Program-made: the position numbers and the translations under genes
Origin: an uncultured Candidatus Saccharibacteria bacterium
GTDB taxonomy: Bacteria; Patescibacteriota; Minisyncoccia; Phycocordibacterales; DATDWN01
Length of the DNA stretch: 64,000 nt
Reading direction: 5' to 3'
Assembly (NCBI GenBank): GCA_964603545.1
Contig: CAZRVD010000003.1
Span: forward strand, 4,945-68,944
In this document: one piece after another, positions 49,960 through 58,439 of the stretch
How the letters are laid out: each line of letters opens with the position of its first letter
Position numbering within the stretch: the first letter of the stretch is position 1
The notes under the pieces: model-generated
Seen by the model: only the letters and a program-made list of their open reading frames with translations
Told to the model about the DNA's origin: nothing
Databases searched by the model: none

Positions 49960-50463
49960 TTATTCTAATTTAAATAATTCTCTTAGTTTGTTTATTCCGC
50001 GGTGGACGTGAACCGAAACCGTGTTCTCTGTTTCTCCTGTAATCTCTGCAATTTCGTGAAGCTCAAGACCTGAAACAAATCTCATAAAAACTGCTTCCCT
50101 GTAAACATCTGGAAGTTTTTCCAAAAGCTGTAGAGCTCTTTCTCCTTCAAGTCTATCATTTGCAGAGATTCCTTCTGGGGCTTCTGGACTAAACCCATCC
50201 TCTTCCAGAGAATCAAGCGAAACGGCCTTCTTCTTTCTATACTGATCTATGACGAGGTTGTTCATGGTTCTATACAAAAAAGCCCTCATGTTCAAAATGG
50301 TGTTGCCTTTTCCAATATAGTCCCAGGTTCTGACAAATGTATCTTGCAAGATATCCTTAGCAAGCTCCCTGTCGTGTACCTTGAAAAAACACTGCCTAAA
50401 CAAAGCGTCTGAATTATCATCATATGCCCGCAGAAAGTCCTGTTGCATCTTCTCTCTATTCAT
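49960..50463 (-). CDS. ECF-type RNA polymerase sigma factor
   Basis: AKDILQDTF, FLYRTMNNLVIDQYRK, EIAEITG..V.V.VHRG. Start reassigned to 50463. Confidence 0.92.
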   Translation of the reverse strand: MNREKMQQDFLRAYDDNSDALFRQCFFKVHDRELAKDILQDTFVRTWDYIGKGNTILNMRAFLYRTMNNLVIDQYRKKKAVSLDSLEEDGFSPEAPEGISANDRLEGERALQLLEKLPDVYREAVFMRFVSGLELHEIAEITGETENTVSVHVHRGINKLRELFKLE

Positions 50464-50532
50464 AGACGCTATATTATACCACTTATTACAGGTGTAGACA
50501 AAAATGGGCACCAAGCCCATTTTTGTCCTTTC

Positions 50533-51495
50533 TTATATAGTTACTTCCAAAGGAGGAGTTACCTCTGTAGGTGGAGGTGATGGCTCAGGGTTTGGCTCTG
50601 GAATGACTGGAAGCACAACCTCATTTAAGACTGGAGTTTCTTCAGCAACCTCTATTACAGGGTCTGGAGGAACTTCAATAGTTTCAACTACCGAAACCCC
50701 TGGTTCTGTAACTGCCACTGGTTCTGGAGAGGGCTCTGTTTCCTTTATGACAGGTTCTGGTTGTTTTTCTAGAGTAGTTCCTTCTACCGTCGGTAGAACA
50801 TCTTCTACTATTGCTGGAACAACTAAACTCTCTACAACAGGAGGCGGAATATACGGAACAATAAATGTTATAGAAACTTTTTGTGTATCTCTATAACCCT
50901 TTCCAAATGGCACACCTGAGTTCCAACCCTTGTAGACCAGCTCCACCGTACAAGATTTGTCAGAAAACATCGTGTAGTCTGGCACAGACAAAGCCATGGT
51001 CCAAGGTCCTACTTCAGTTGTCGTTCCTGTATTTAGAGAAACTAACCCACCATCATATGGAAAGGGATACGTAGCAAACAAGTGAATAGTATTACACAAT
51101 TCACTGTCACCGTTTATCATCTCCGCCTTAACAAAATACTGTATAGGCTCACTATCCGAGTTTGGTGTCATAATCGGAGTGACAACAACCTCCCCCAAAC
51201 TCAAATCAACTTGAGCAGAATCCGCACTGTCGATTTCAACTTCAAAACCAATAGGATCCGCTCGCAAAAAGTTTCCTATCGTCTGCTCAACATCGTTAAA
51301 ATAAGAAATGGTATTTCCTACTGATGAAAGACTGAAAGAAACCAAAACTGAGACCAAGGAAATACTGGCGATTTTCAGACTAAATTTTTTAAACTGAAAA
51401 ACTTCAGTTTTATTTTCCTCTGGTCCAGAAGGTTTTAGTTGTTTCCTTCTAACTCCGTGGAATGGATATATTTCTTTGTTCAATTTGCTCCGCAT
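50533..51495 (-). CDS. Accessory secreted protein of the SipW operon with a Pro/Glu-rich tail
   Basis: SipW-type cleavage motif GNTISYFNDVE...GN. Confidence 0.65.
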   Translation of the reverse strand: MRSKLNKEIYPFHGVRRKQLKPSGPEENKTEVFQFKKFSLKIASISLVSVLVSFSLSSVGNTISYFNDVEQTIGNFLRADPIGFEVEIDSADSAQVDLSLGEVVVTPIMTPNSDSEPIQYFVKAEMINGDSELCNTIHLFATYPFPYDGGLVSLNTGTTTEVGPWTMALSVPDYTMFSDKSCTVELVYKGWNSGVPFGKGYRDTQKVSITFIVPYIPPPVVESLVVPAIVEDVLPTVEGTTLEKQPEPVIKETEPSPEPVAVTEPGVSVVETIEVPPDPVIEVAEETPVLNEVVLPVIPEPNPEPSPPPTEVTPPLEVTI

Positions 51496-52012
51496 CTGTT
51501 TCTTTTTTATTTTTCAACTTACGAATCTCCGCCACTATCTTTCCTATTTCATCAACAATAATCACAAGCGCCGGAATTCCAACAAGGAGTGCAAAACCCA
51601 TGGGTTTTTTAGCAAAGTCTAAGACAAAACCTAAATAAGGAAGTGTGAAAACTACTTTGCCACTTATGTCACTTAGCCTTATTGGTGTTTGGTCTTCTGC
51701 ATCATTGGCATCCCCTTTTGTTGTAAATGTCCGAAGTGGTCCTGTGCCATCTATTTTCACAATACGATGGGTTGTAGGAATTTGGTCTTTCGTGTCCTTA
51801 CCAAAGGTCACCACATCATTTACCTCGTATGAACTAGACGGTCTTAGAACCACAACCCCGCCTGTTTTTATGTATGGCTCCATAGAACCAGACTTCACCA
51901 CTTTTATTTTGAAGTTGCCAGGGGTAGGCACTAGTGTTACCAGAAGTAACAAAGCAATAGCCACTATCCCCGCAACAAAAGTGTAGTAGATAAGATTGAG
52001 AAAGAATTTCAT
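51449..52012 (-). CDS. sipW: Signal peptidase I, SipW (archaeal/ER-type S26B)
   Basis: VKSGSMEP, TTHRIV, TKGDAN, GKVVFTLPYLG. Confidence 0.9.
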   Translation of the reverse strand: MKFFLNLIYYTFVAGIVAIALLLLVTLVPTPGNFKIKVVKSGSMEPYIKTGGVVVLRPSSSYEVNDVVTFGKDTKDQIPTTHRIVKIDGTGPLRTFTTKGDANDAEDQTPIRLSDISGKVVFTLPYLGFVLDFAKKPMGFALLVGIPALVIIVDEIGKIVAEIRKLKNKKETDAEQIEQRNISIPRS

Positions 52013-52030
52013 TTAGCTTTATTTACTCAG

Positions 52031-53392
52031 TTAGTTTTTAGCGTTAGTTATTGTACAAGTAATAGCTTCGCCTTCGTTTAGAACTATAGGAGTACTGGTA
52101 CTAGCTGGACATCCCACTCCAGTAATAGAGACAAAATGATAACCCACTCTACCTGTTTCGTTTATAAGATGTGGTGTGTTGGAAGTAACAGCAATAGATG
52201 CGCCCGTTGGAACTCCTACACCATCAACTCTTAGACCAAACAATGTGTTTGAGGCAAGTGGTGGAGTACCGGTTACGACTTTTATTAGAGTAATGTGTGC
52301 TGGAAGCTCTGTGTTTGTTATAACACAAGACTTCAGCTCATTTGCTCCAACATTTATATTCCCTTCAAAGTCACAATCCCCACTAAATGTAGCTTGATAT
52401 CCGTTTGAGCCAGCTTCACTTATGTTGTACAAACCTACTGGAACAGTTGTTGTTGCTCCAGAAGAAACTTCTGTAGAAACAAAACCATCATCAATAAAGT
52501 AATGGAAGTCTGTCACGGTATTGTTTCCGCCATTATTGTTTACAACAACTTTTGTTACAACAATTTTACCCATCTGTTGCACTACTGGTGGGACACATAG
52601 GAAATTTGGATTGTGCCTAGACTGAACCGCAGAAAACTTTACATCCGCAGTCAAACTATCTGTTTGAGTTGAATTGTTTAAGTTTGAGCCATCACAGACA
52701 ATACCTCCACTTGAGTTAGCTGGGGTTCTAGGTGAGGTAGAACCTAGTCCGTCTTGCACAAGTGCAGATTGACTAAGATTCCCAAAACACCATGCTTTGC
52801 CTATGTACAAAGTCTGTTCTCCAGGAACTGGCCCAGGAACTCCTGTCCATATGTTTGTACTGGAATCTGCTAGAGCCACAGTTGTTGAACCATTTAAACC
52901 AAGTGCCCCTATAGGTCCTTGAGAAATAACGTCCTCGTCATTCTCTAGAACATTATCCCCATCATCAGCCCACCATACGAAATTCACATTACTAGCAAGT
53001 TCGCCGTTTCCGGGACCATCACTAGCATCAACTTCTGCTTCCGGTTCATTTATTCCGTTATCATCATTTGAAGTCAGCTTAACGTTGGCACAAAGATATG
53101 AATCATTGTTGTCTACATGAAGAGAGATCGTGTCTTCTCCTAGATCTCCAGGTTTAACATCTGGAAAATCAAAAAACTTTTGAATAGTTAAGTCCGCCAT
53201 TTCCCATGTCGTACTAGCATTCAAAAATCCGTTGTAGTAGCTGTGATTGTCTATCATTAGGTCTATAGCTCCAGCAGTAAAAGTGTTTCCACTCGACAGT
53301 TCTCTGTCAGAGAAAAACGCACCTGTTCCACCTAGAACTAAGGCCGAACCAACAAACAAGATTAGAGCTGAACTTAGTAATATTCTTTTCAT
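52031..53392 (-). CDS. TasA/CalY-like SipW substrate with C-terminal Ig/pilin-like repeats
   Basis: GTGAFFSDRE.S.GNTFTAGAIDL; DVKPGD; repeats ending C.ITN. Confidence 0.8.
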   Translation of the reverse strand: MKRILLSSALILFVGSALVLGGTGAFFSDRELSSGNTFTAGAIDLMIDNHSYYNGFLNASTTWEMADLTIQKFFDFPDVKPGDLGEDTISLHVDNNDSYLCANVKLTSNDDNGINEPEAEVDASDGPGNGELASNVNFVWWADDGDNVLENDEDVISQGPIGALGLNGSTTVALADSSTNIWTGVPGPVPGEQTLYIGKAWCFGNLSQSALVQDGLGSTSPRTPANSSGGIVCDGSNLNNSTQTDSLTADVKFSAVQSRHNPNFLCVPPVVQQMGKIVVTKVVVNNNGGNNTVTDFHYFIDDGFVSTEVSSGATTTVPVGLYNISEAGSNGYQATFSGDCDFEGNINVGANELKSCVITNTELPAHITLIKVVTGTPPLASNTLFGLRVDGVGVPTGASIAVTSNTPHLINETGRVGYHFVSITGVGCPASTSTPIVLNEGEAITCTITNAKN

Positions 53393-53406
53393 TCCGTTTT
53401 CTGTTT

Positions 53407-53444
53407 ACCCCCGAACTAATTTTAGTAAATTCAGTTCTGGGGGT
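53407..53444. repeat. Hairpin family C, empty copy
   Basis: ACCCCCGAACTAATTTTAGTAAATTCAGTTCTGGGGGT. Confidence 0.9.
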
Positions 53445-53459
53445 GGATAATAATTTTAC

Positions 53460-54896
53460 CTAGTTAAGTGGACAATTTTCTGGAATAACAAACTGACCAA
53501 CCAAAGTTGAGTAAGCTGTGTTTGTTCCAGGATAAGCCCCGTTAAACATCGATATGACTTGTGCTTGGCTGTAAGGGAAGTCCAAACTGCCTGCGTTGAG
53601 TAGTGCTACCACCGTCTCTCTTCCAAGCTGATTTAATCCCCCACCACCCAGTTGCAAAACTTGTAACAAAGTTTTACCAGGAAAAGCGTTGTCGAAGACA
53701 GAAGAGTATAGTTGGTTCGGTGAGTAACCAGACCAGCTGTCAAAATGTTGACTTGCCTTCCAGTAACCATGTGAACAGTACTGGTTATTTTCTTCCTCAA
53801 CTTTAAGTTTATTTACAACTATAAATGTTTCTGTGGGATCATTAACAATAACTCCTAGACCCCCCGCGCCCGAAACATGTTCCCAGCCTTCCTGTAACAC
53901 CTCACTTATCTCATGAGTACCATAAGACACGCCAGTGAAAGCAACACAGCCATTTTGCAGAGTTACTCCAGAGTAATCCTCAATATTACCCGGTAGACCA
54001 TCATTTAAATTCAAGGTCCAACCAGAAAGAGGTTTACCTGTTTCATCTGTTTTACACAAAGTTACAGTTGATTTGTCTTCTTCTTCGTCATTTCCACAAA
54101 TAAACCCATCGTTACCCCTAGATTGAATCACAGAGAAAGTGACATCGGCTTTTACGCCGTCACTTTGAACTATGTTTCCTATTTCTTCACCTTCGCATTT
54201 AAAACCAGTTCCTCTTACTAGAGGTCCGTTGTTACCTGTTTTACCTAAACCATCTTGAGTTACTGGATAGTCCTGCATATCGCCAAAGCACCAGGCTTTA
54301 CCAATATACCTGACAGAATTTCCAATAAGCGGGTCATCACCTCCCCAAATGTTTCCATTTGAGTCAGCGATAGCCCAATTTTCTCCATTCCAAATATCTT
54401 TTACCAAACCTTTTTTGAATATTTTTTCTCCTATCTCATAAACATTATCTCCGTCGTCTGCCCAGAATTTGAAATACAATTTGTCTTGTAACTCACCACT
54501 GTTTTCTCCGGTGGTTACGTCCACAAGACTTTCTGGTTCATTCTGACCATTCTCTGGAGTGGCAGTAAGCAGTATATTCATACACGCCCAAGCATTGTTA
54601 TTGTTTACGTGAAGTGAAATAGTATCCTCTCCAATATCTCCTGGCTTTATATCAAGAAAGTTAAAGAAAAACTTACCCGCAAGCGGAGAAAGTTCCCAAG
54701 AAGTGGATGTGCTGTAAACCAGCTTGCCCCACTCGTTTGTTATATAACTTTCGTTGTCGATTTTTAGGTCGATAACCCCTGTGGCAAAAGTATTACCTGT
54801 GGACTTTTCTGTATCGGAGAGGTATGCTCCTGTACCAGTGGCCAGGATTGCTCCAGCAAAGATTATGGAAGTTATACTTAATAGTATTTTTTTCAT
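53460..54896 (-). CDS. TasA/CalY-like SipW substrate with a SpaA/prealbumin-like domain
   Basis: GTGAYLSDTEKSTGNTFATGVIDL; K.DETGKPLSGW. Start reassigned to 54896. Confidence 0.8.
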   Translation of the reverse strand: MKKILLSITSIIFAGAILATGTGAYLSDTEKSTGNTFATGVIDLKIDNESYITNEWGKLVYSTSTSWELSPLAGKFFFNFLDIKPGDIGEDTISLHVNNNNAWACMNILLTATPENGQNEPESLVDVTTGENSGELQDKLYFKFWADDGDNVYEIGEKIFKKGLVKDIWNGENWAIADSNGNIWGGDDPLIGNSVRYIGKAWCFGDMQDYPVTQDGLGKTGNNGPLVRGTGFKCEGEEIGNIVQSDGVKADVTFSVIQSRGNDGFICGNDEEEDKSTVTLCKTDETGKPLSGWTLNLNDGLPGNIEDYSGVTLQNGCVAFTGVSYGTHEISEVLQEGWEHVSGAGGLGVIVNDPTETFIVVNKLKVEEENNQYCSHGYWKASQHFDSWSGYSPNQLYSSVFDNAFPGKTLLQVLQLGGGGLNQLGRETVVALLNAGSLDFPYSQAQVISMFNGAYPGTNTAYSTLVGQFVIPENCPLN

Positions 54897-54904
54897 TTTT
54901 TCTT

Positions 54905-54942
54905 GCCCCCGAACTAATTTTAATAAATTCAGTTCTGGGGGT
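54905..54942. repeat. Hairpin family C, empty copy
   Basis: GCCCCCGAACTAATTTTAATAAATTCAGTTCTGGGGGT. Confidence 0.9.
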
Positions 54943-55051
54943 AACTTTCTAACCCACTTTCTTTGTTTGGTTGCGAAGCACGACTCTAGAGAGTTATGCC
55001 CCGCCACCTACAAAGATTAATGAGTTAGGAAAATTTTAGTTTAGAGTTCTA

Positions 55052-56434
55052 CTAATCAAATGTATTTGTAACAGTACATGTGATTGTATCCCCTGGGGTC
55101 AAAACAACTGATCCTGGGAAAGATGCTGGGCAAGAAACCCCCAAGAAGGATGTTCCTGTAACTGATGTTTGAGAATAACCAGCCACCAAAACTTCTTCGT
55201 CAAGTTCATGTGAAGCATTTGCGCTAACACCATTAGAAGATCCTGAAGTTACAATTCCACTATCGATTGATAGATCAAAGTCGTCTGGAGCAGATTCTCC
55301 CCCAACAACATTTTTAATTAAAGTAACTACTGGTTGAATATCATCATTAGTTATAGTACAGCTAGCAGCTCCCCCGGCTGGAACATTCACAGTTCCGTCT
55401 GATGCACAATCTCCACTAAATGTAGCAGAGTAACCAAACAGACCAGATTCACTCACTGTATGAAGACCAGCACTTGTTGTTGTCGCTACACCAGATGAAA
55501 TAGACATTGAATCAACAAAGAGTGGAAAGCCACCAACTACAGCTGTTCCACCATTATCATTTGTTACAACCTTAGTAACTGTAAGAGTTCCTGTTGTTGG
55601 CTCACCTTGTCTTTGTACACACTGGAAGTTTCCATTGTTTCTAGACTGAACAGCTCTGAAAGCAACGTTTGCTGTCAAACTGTCTGTTTGTGCAGTATTG
55701 CCAACTTGTGAACCATCACAAGTAAATCCTGTTCCAACTGTAAGAGGACTTCGTCCTACATCTGCGCCATTGTCTTGAGCAACTGGGTTTGGCGTAATTG
55801 TTCCAAAGCACCATGCTTTACCAACGTACCTTACAGATGCTCCTGGTACTGGACCACCTTGTAATGTCCAAATGTTATAAACAGAGTCAGCTAGTGTAAC
55901 AGTTGTTGTTGCACCTATTGCAAGAGCTCCTAAAGGACCGCCTTGTAGCAGGTTCTCCCCTGTTTCCAAAACGTTGTCTCCATCGTCAGCCCACCAAGCA
56001 AAGTTTACTTGCTGTGCTAGTTCACCTCCGTTTGGATCATTTGTTATATCTCCATCTTCTGCTTCTGGCTCAACAAGAGTGTTTTCATTGTTAGATGTAA
56101 GTGTTACATCAGCACAAAGGTATGAATCGTTGTTGTCCACGTGTAGAGAGATAGTGTCTTCGCCAATGTCTCCAGGTTTTAAGTCACTGAAGTCAAAAAA
56201 CTTCTCAATTGTTAAATCTCTCATTGTCCAAGTTGTCCAAGGACTAGCTACAAGCTGTCCTGTAGATGTACTTGTAACATAACTCGTATTATCTATCTGC
56301 AAATCAATAGCTCCAGCAGCCAAAACATTGCCTACTGAAGTTTCACTATCACTGAAAAAAGCTCCTGTTGCTGTTATAGCCATCGCCGCAACAAAAACAA
56401 CCACTCCTAAACTCATTAATATTTTTCTATTCAT
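55052..56434 (-). CDS. TasA/CalY-like SipW substrate with C-terminal Ig/pilin-like repeats
   Basis: ATGAFFSDSETSVGNVLAAGAIDL; DLKPGDIGEDTISLHV; CTITND repeats. Confidence 0.8.
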   Translation of the reverse strand: MNRKILMSLGVVVFVAAMAITATGAFFSDSETSVGNVLAAGAIDLQIDNTSYVTSTSTGQLVASPWTTWTMRDLTIEKFFDFSDLKPGDIGEDTISLHVDNNDSYLCADVTLTSNNENTLVEPEAEDGDITNDPNGGELAQQVNFAWWADDGDNVLETGENLLQGGPLGALAIGATTTVTLADSVYNIWTLQGGPVPGASVRYVGKAWCFGTITPNPVAQDNGADVGRSPLTVGTGFTCDGSQVGNTAQTDSLTANVAFRAVQSRNNGNFQCVQRQGEPTTGTLTVTKVVTNDNGGTAVVGGFPLFVDSMSISSGVATTTSAGLHTVSESGLFGYSATFSGDCASDGTVNVPAGGAASCTITNDDIQPVVTLIKNVVGGESAPDDFDLSIDSGIVTSGSSNGVSANASHELDEEVLVAGYSQTSVTGTSFLGVSCPASFPGSVVLTPGDTITCTVTNTFD

Positions 56435-56451
56435 AATTAATTTTATTTTTT

Positions 56452-56750
56452 ACCCCCGAACTAATTAGGACTTAAGACTCTTACTTATCCTCCTTTTCAA
56501 ACCACCTAAAGACCTACCGTGCTCCTTGAGCATTTTCTCTCTATGTGTGGCGTCTTCCCTTAGTTTATATGCTTCGTAATATATCAACTCAAATGGCTTT
56601 CGTAATTTGGTTGATGTACTCTTACCCGAATTATGTTCTTCTATTCTCCTCTTGAGATTATTTGTGTATCCGGTGTAAAGATTTCCATCTTTCTCACTTT
56701 TTAAAATATACACATAGAACATAATTCAAAGTCCTAATTAGTTCGGGGGT
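56452..56750. mobile_element. Putative 299-bp mini-element: GIY-YIG gene between perfect 22-bp inverted repeats
   Basis: ACCCCCGAACTAATTAGGACTT (56452-56473) / AAGTCCTAATTAGTTCGGGGGT (56729-56750). Confidence 0.7.
56465..56722 (-). CDS. Stand-alone GIY-YIG nuclease
   Basis: YVYILKS...YTGYT.NL.RR..EHN.G...RE..LK. Confidence 0.93.
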   Translation of the reverse strand: MFYVYILKSEKDGNLYTGYTNNLKRRIEEHNSGKSTSTKLRKPFELIYYEAYKLREDATHREKMLKEHGRSLGGLKRRISKSLKS

Positions 56751-56791
56751 TGATTAATTTTTATAATACTTTTTATAATTTTGTTTACTTT

Positions 56792-56831
56792 ACCCCCGAA
56801 CTAAATTTTAATAAATTTCAGTTCAGGGGGT
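56792..56831. repeat. Hairpin family C, empty copy
   Basis: ACCCCCGAACTAAATTTTAATAAATTTCAGTTCAGGGGGT. Confidence 0.88.
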
Positions 56832-57257
56832 CGACCTTCTCTTCTCAAACTAAGCCCTTGGAATTCGCAAATAATTACAAAAACAAAAAGAGCTGTCTCT
56901 GTTGTAATATTAAAATTACTGCAGAGATAGCTCTTTTGCGTGTTCCAAGTGGTTTGTTTCAAGAAAAGTAACTAACATCTTTTCTAACTTACTTAAGAAC
57001 TAATTTATATCTTGATCTAAACCAAGATAAAGTTCATCGTATCACGCTGTTTTTTTATCAAAATAATAAATACTAAAAAAGTGTATAACTTGTGGAGAAC
57101 AAGTGTAAAACTCTACAAATATGAGTGAAAAAACGTGAAAATATAGTAAAATTTGACAAAATTTTAAAAAATTGAAAAACAAAAAATACCTTGACCAAAT
57201 TGAGATTTACAAAAAACTACACCATACTTGTGTAGCTTTTTGTAACCTATTGAGTAT

Positions 57258-57280
57258 TGTGCAACATCGGATGTTGCACA
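57258..57280. repeat. Palindrome family B
   Basis: TGTGCAACATCGGATGTTGCACA, 8 nt past a stop codon. Confidence 0.9.
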
Positions 57281-57288
57281 GTAGAAAA

Positions 57289-57933
57289 CTATTGTGACAA
57301 AGTTGTGAAATTTCTTTCTGTACTCGTTGCACTGTTACCTCTTTCGTCAGTAATTTTTATCATGTAGTAGTATGTCGTGCTTGTGGAAAGGCCGGGAAGA
57401 TTTACAGAGTGTGTAAAGCTTAAATTATTTACAAAAAAATTTGCGGGTGAGGTAGAGGCTACTGGGGTGGTGTTGCTATACCAAAATTCTGACTTTACAT
57501 TTTTGTTTGCTGTCCAGAAAACATATCCTCGTGTTGGAGAATTGCTAGATGACTCAATTACAAACAACTGTGGTGTCACTATATAGTTGGTGGCCATTGC
57601 AAATAAGCTGTTTTTAGAAATTTTGTTCAGAAGTTCTCTAGTTTTTGGACCAACAATTCCGACTACCTCTAGGCCATTTTCCCCTTGTAGCTTCTTTATT
57701 GCCCGCTCTGTCAAAGTGCCAAAATAGCCCGTAATAAGGCCTTCTGGATATATGTTTGGCACCTTTGAAAGCTGTGACTGTAGAACCTTAACAGCATCCC
57801 CGCGTGAACCAAGCCGCAGACTAGGTGTAGGATTTGGCGGAGTATCCACCAAAGCCACCGTAGCCCCAGCCGTCTGCACTACAAAAAGCCCAGCCAAAAC
57901 CAAACCAAATATTGAAAAAGTTTTTTGTCTCAT
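57289..57933 (-). CDS. Secreted protein with peptidoglycan-binding and fibronectin-III-like domains
   Basis: LRLGSRGDAVKVLQ..L, TGYFGTLTERAIKKLQ, GIVGPKTR; HSVNLPGL..TTYYY. Confidence 0.85.
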   Translation of the reverse strand: MRQKTFSIFGLVLAGLFVVQTAGATVALVDTPPNPTPSLRLGSRGDAVKVLQSQLSKVPNIYPEGLITGYFGTLTERAIKKLQGENGLEVVGIVGPKTRELLNKISKNSLFAMATNYIVTPQLFVIESSSNSPTRGYVFWTANKNVKSEFWYSNTTPVASTSPANFFVNNLSFTHSVNLPGLSTSTTYYYMIKITDERGNSATSTERNFTTLSQ

Positions 57934-58031
57934 ACTAAAATTATACCAATTTTCCACCAGAATAATCAATTTTAGACAAGACGATGGGGGCGCATCCCCC
58001 GAAGGAAATGCGCCCGTAGTACACGTCAGAT

Positions 58032-58439
58032 CTAGCCGACCTGGAAGGTCCTCATCAGGGTTTCCGAGGTCGCCGCCTCGAGGTCGCTTGCGAGAATCCT
58101 CGCCAGCATCGGATGCTCTCCGCTGACTGCGGTTCCACAGCTCTTCGGGATGACCCCGTCCACTGCCTCGTTCCGGTGTGGCATGACTGAGTACATGTAG
58201 AACCGAACCTGCGGATTGACCTGCTTTACCAGGCGGGCCAACTGCGAGCCCTCGATATGGCTGTCGAAGACCTGACCAGAGACCACGAACGCCGGAGAGC
58301 CATCCATCACAGCGTCCAGAACGGCTTCTGGAATACTGGTGAAGAGGATCTCCCGGGATCTCGCAGGATCGATCTTGGCAACCCCCTCCTTGATTCCGAG
58401 CAGATTCTCGCGATGACGCTGAGCCACGATGATCTTCAT
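58032..58439 (-). CDS. GC-rich atypical receiver (CheY-like) domain protein
   Basis: Receiver-like pattern (P..VV, IEGSQLARLVKQVNP, DGVIPK) without the canonical Asp; GGGAGGG SD; TTGACA-17-TATAAT; terminator at 57981-58020. Confidence 0.65.
   Translation of the reverse strand: MKIIVAQRHRENLLGIKEGVAKIDPARSREILFTSIPEAVLDAVMDGSPAFVVSGQVFDSHIEGSQLARLVKQVNPQVRFYMYSVMPHRNEAVDGVIPKSCGTAVSGEHPMLARILASDLEAATSETLMRTFQVG

Noticed and set aside
54897-55007. N-terminal extension of the 515-aa ORF
   Set aside because: It is translated hairpin sequence; the signal peptide starts at MKKILL (54896).
53407-56831. Family C hairpins as a CRISPR array
   Set aside because: The copies are separated by whole genes rather than 30-40 nt spacers, and there are no cas genes.
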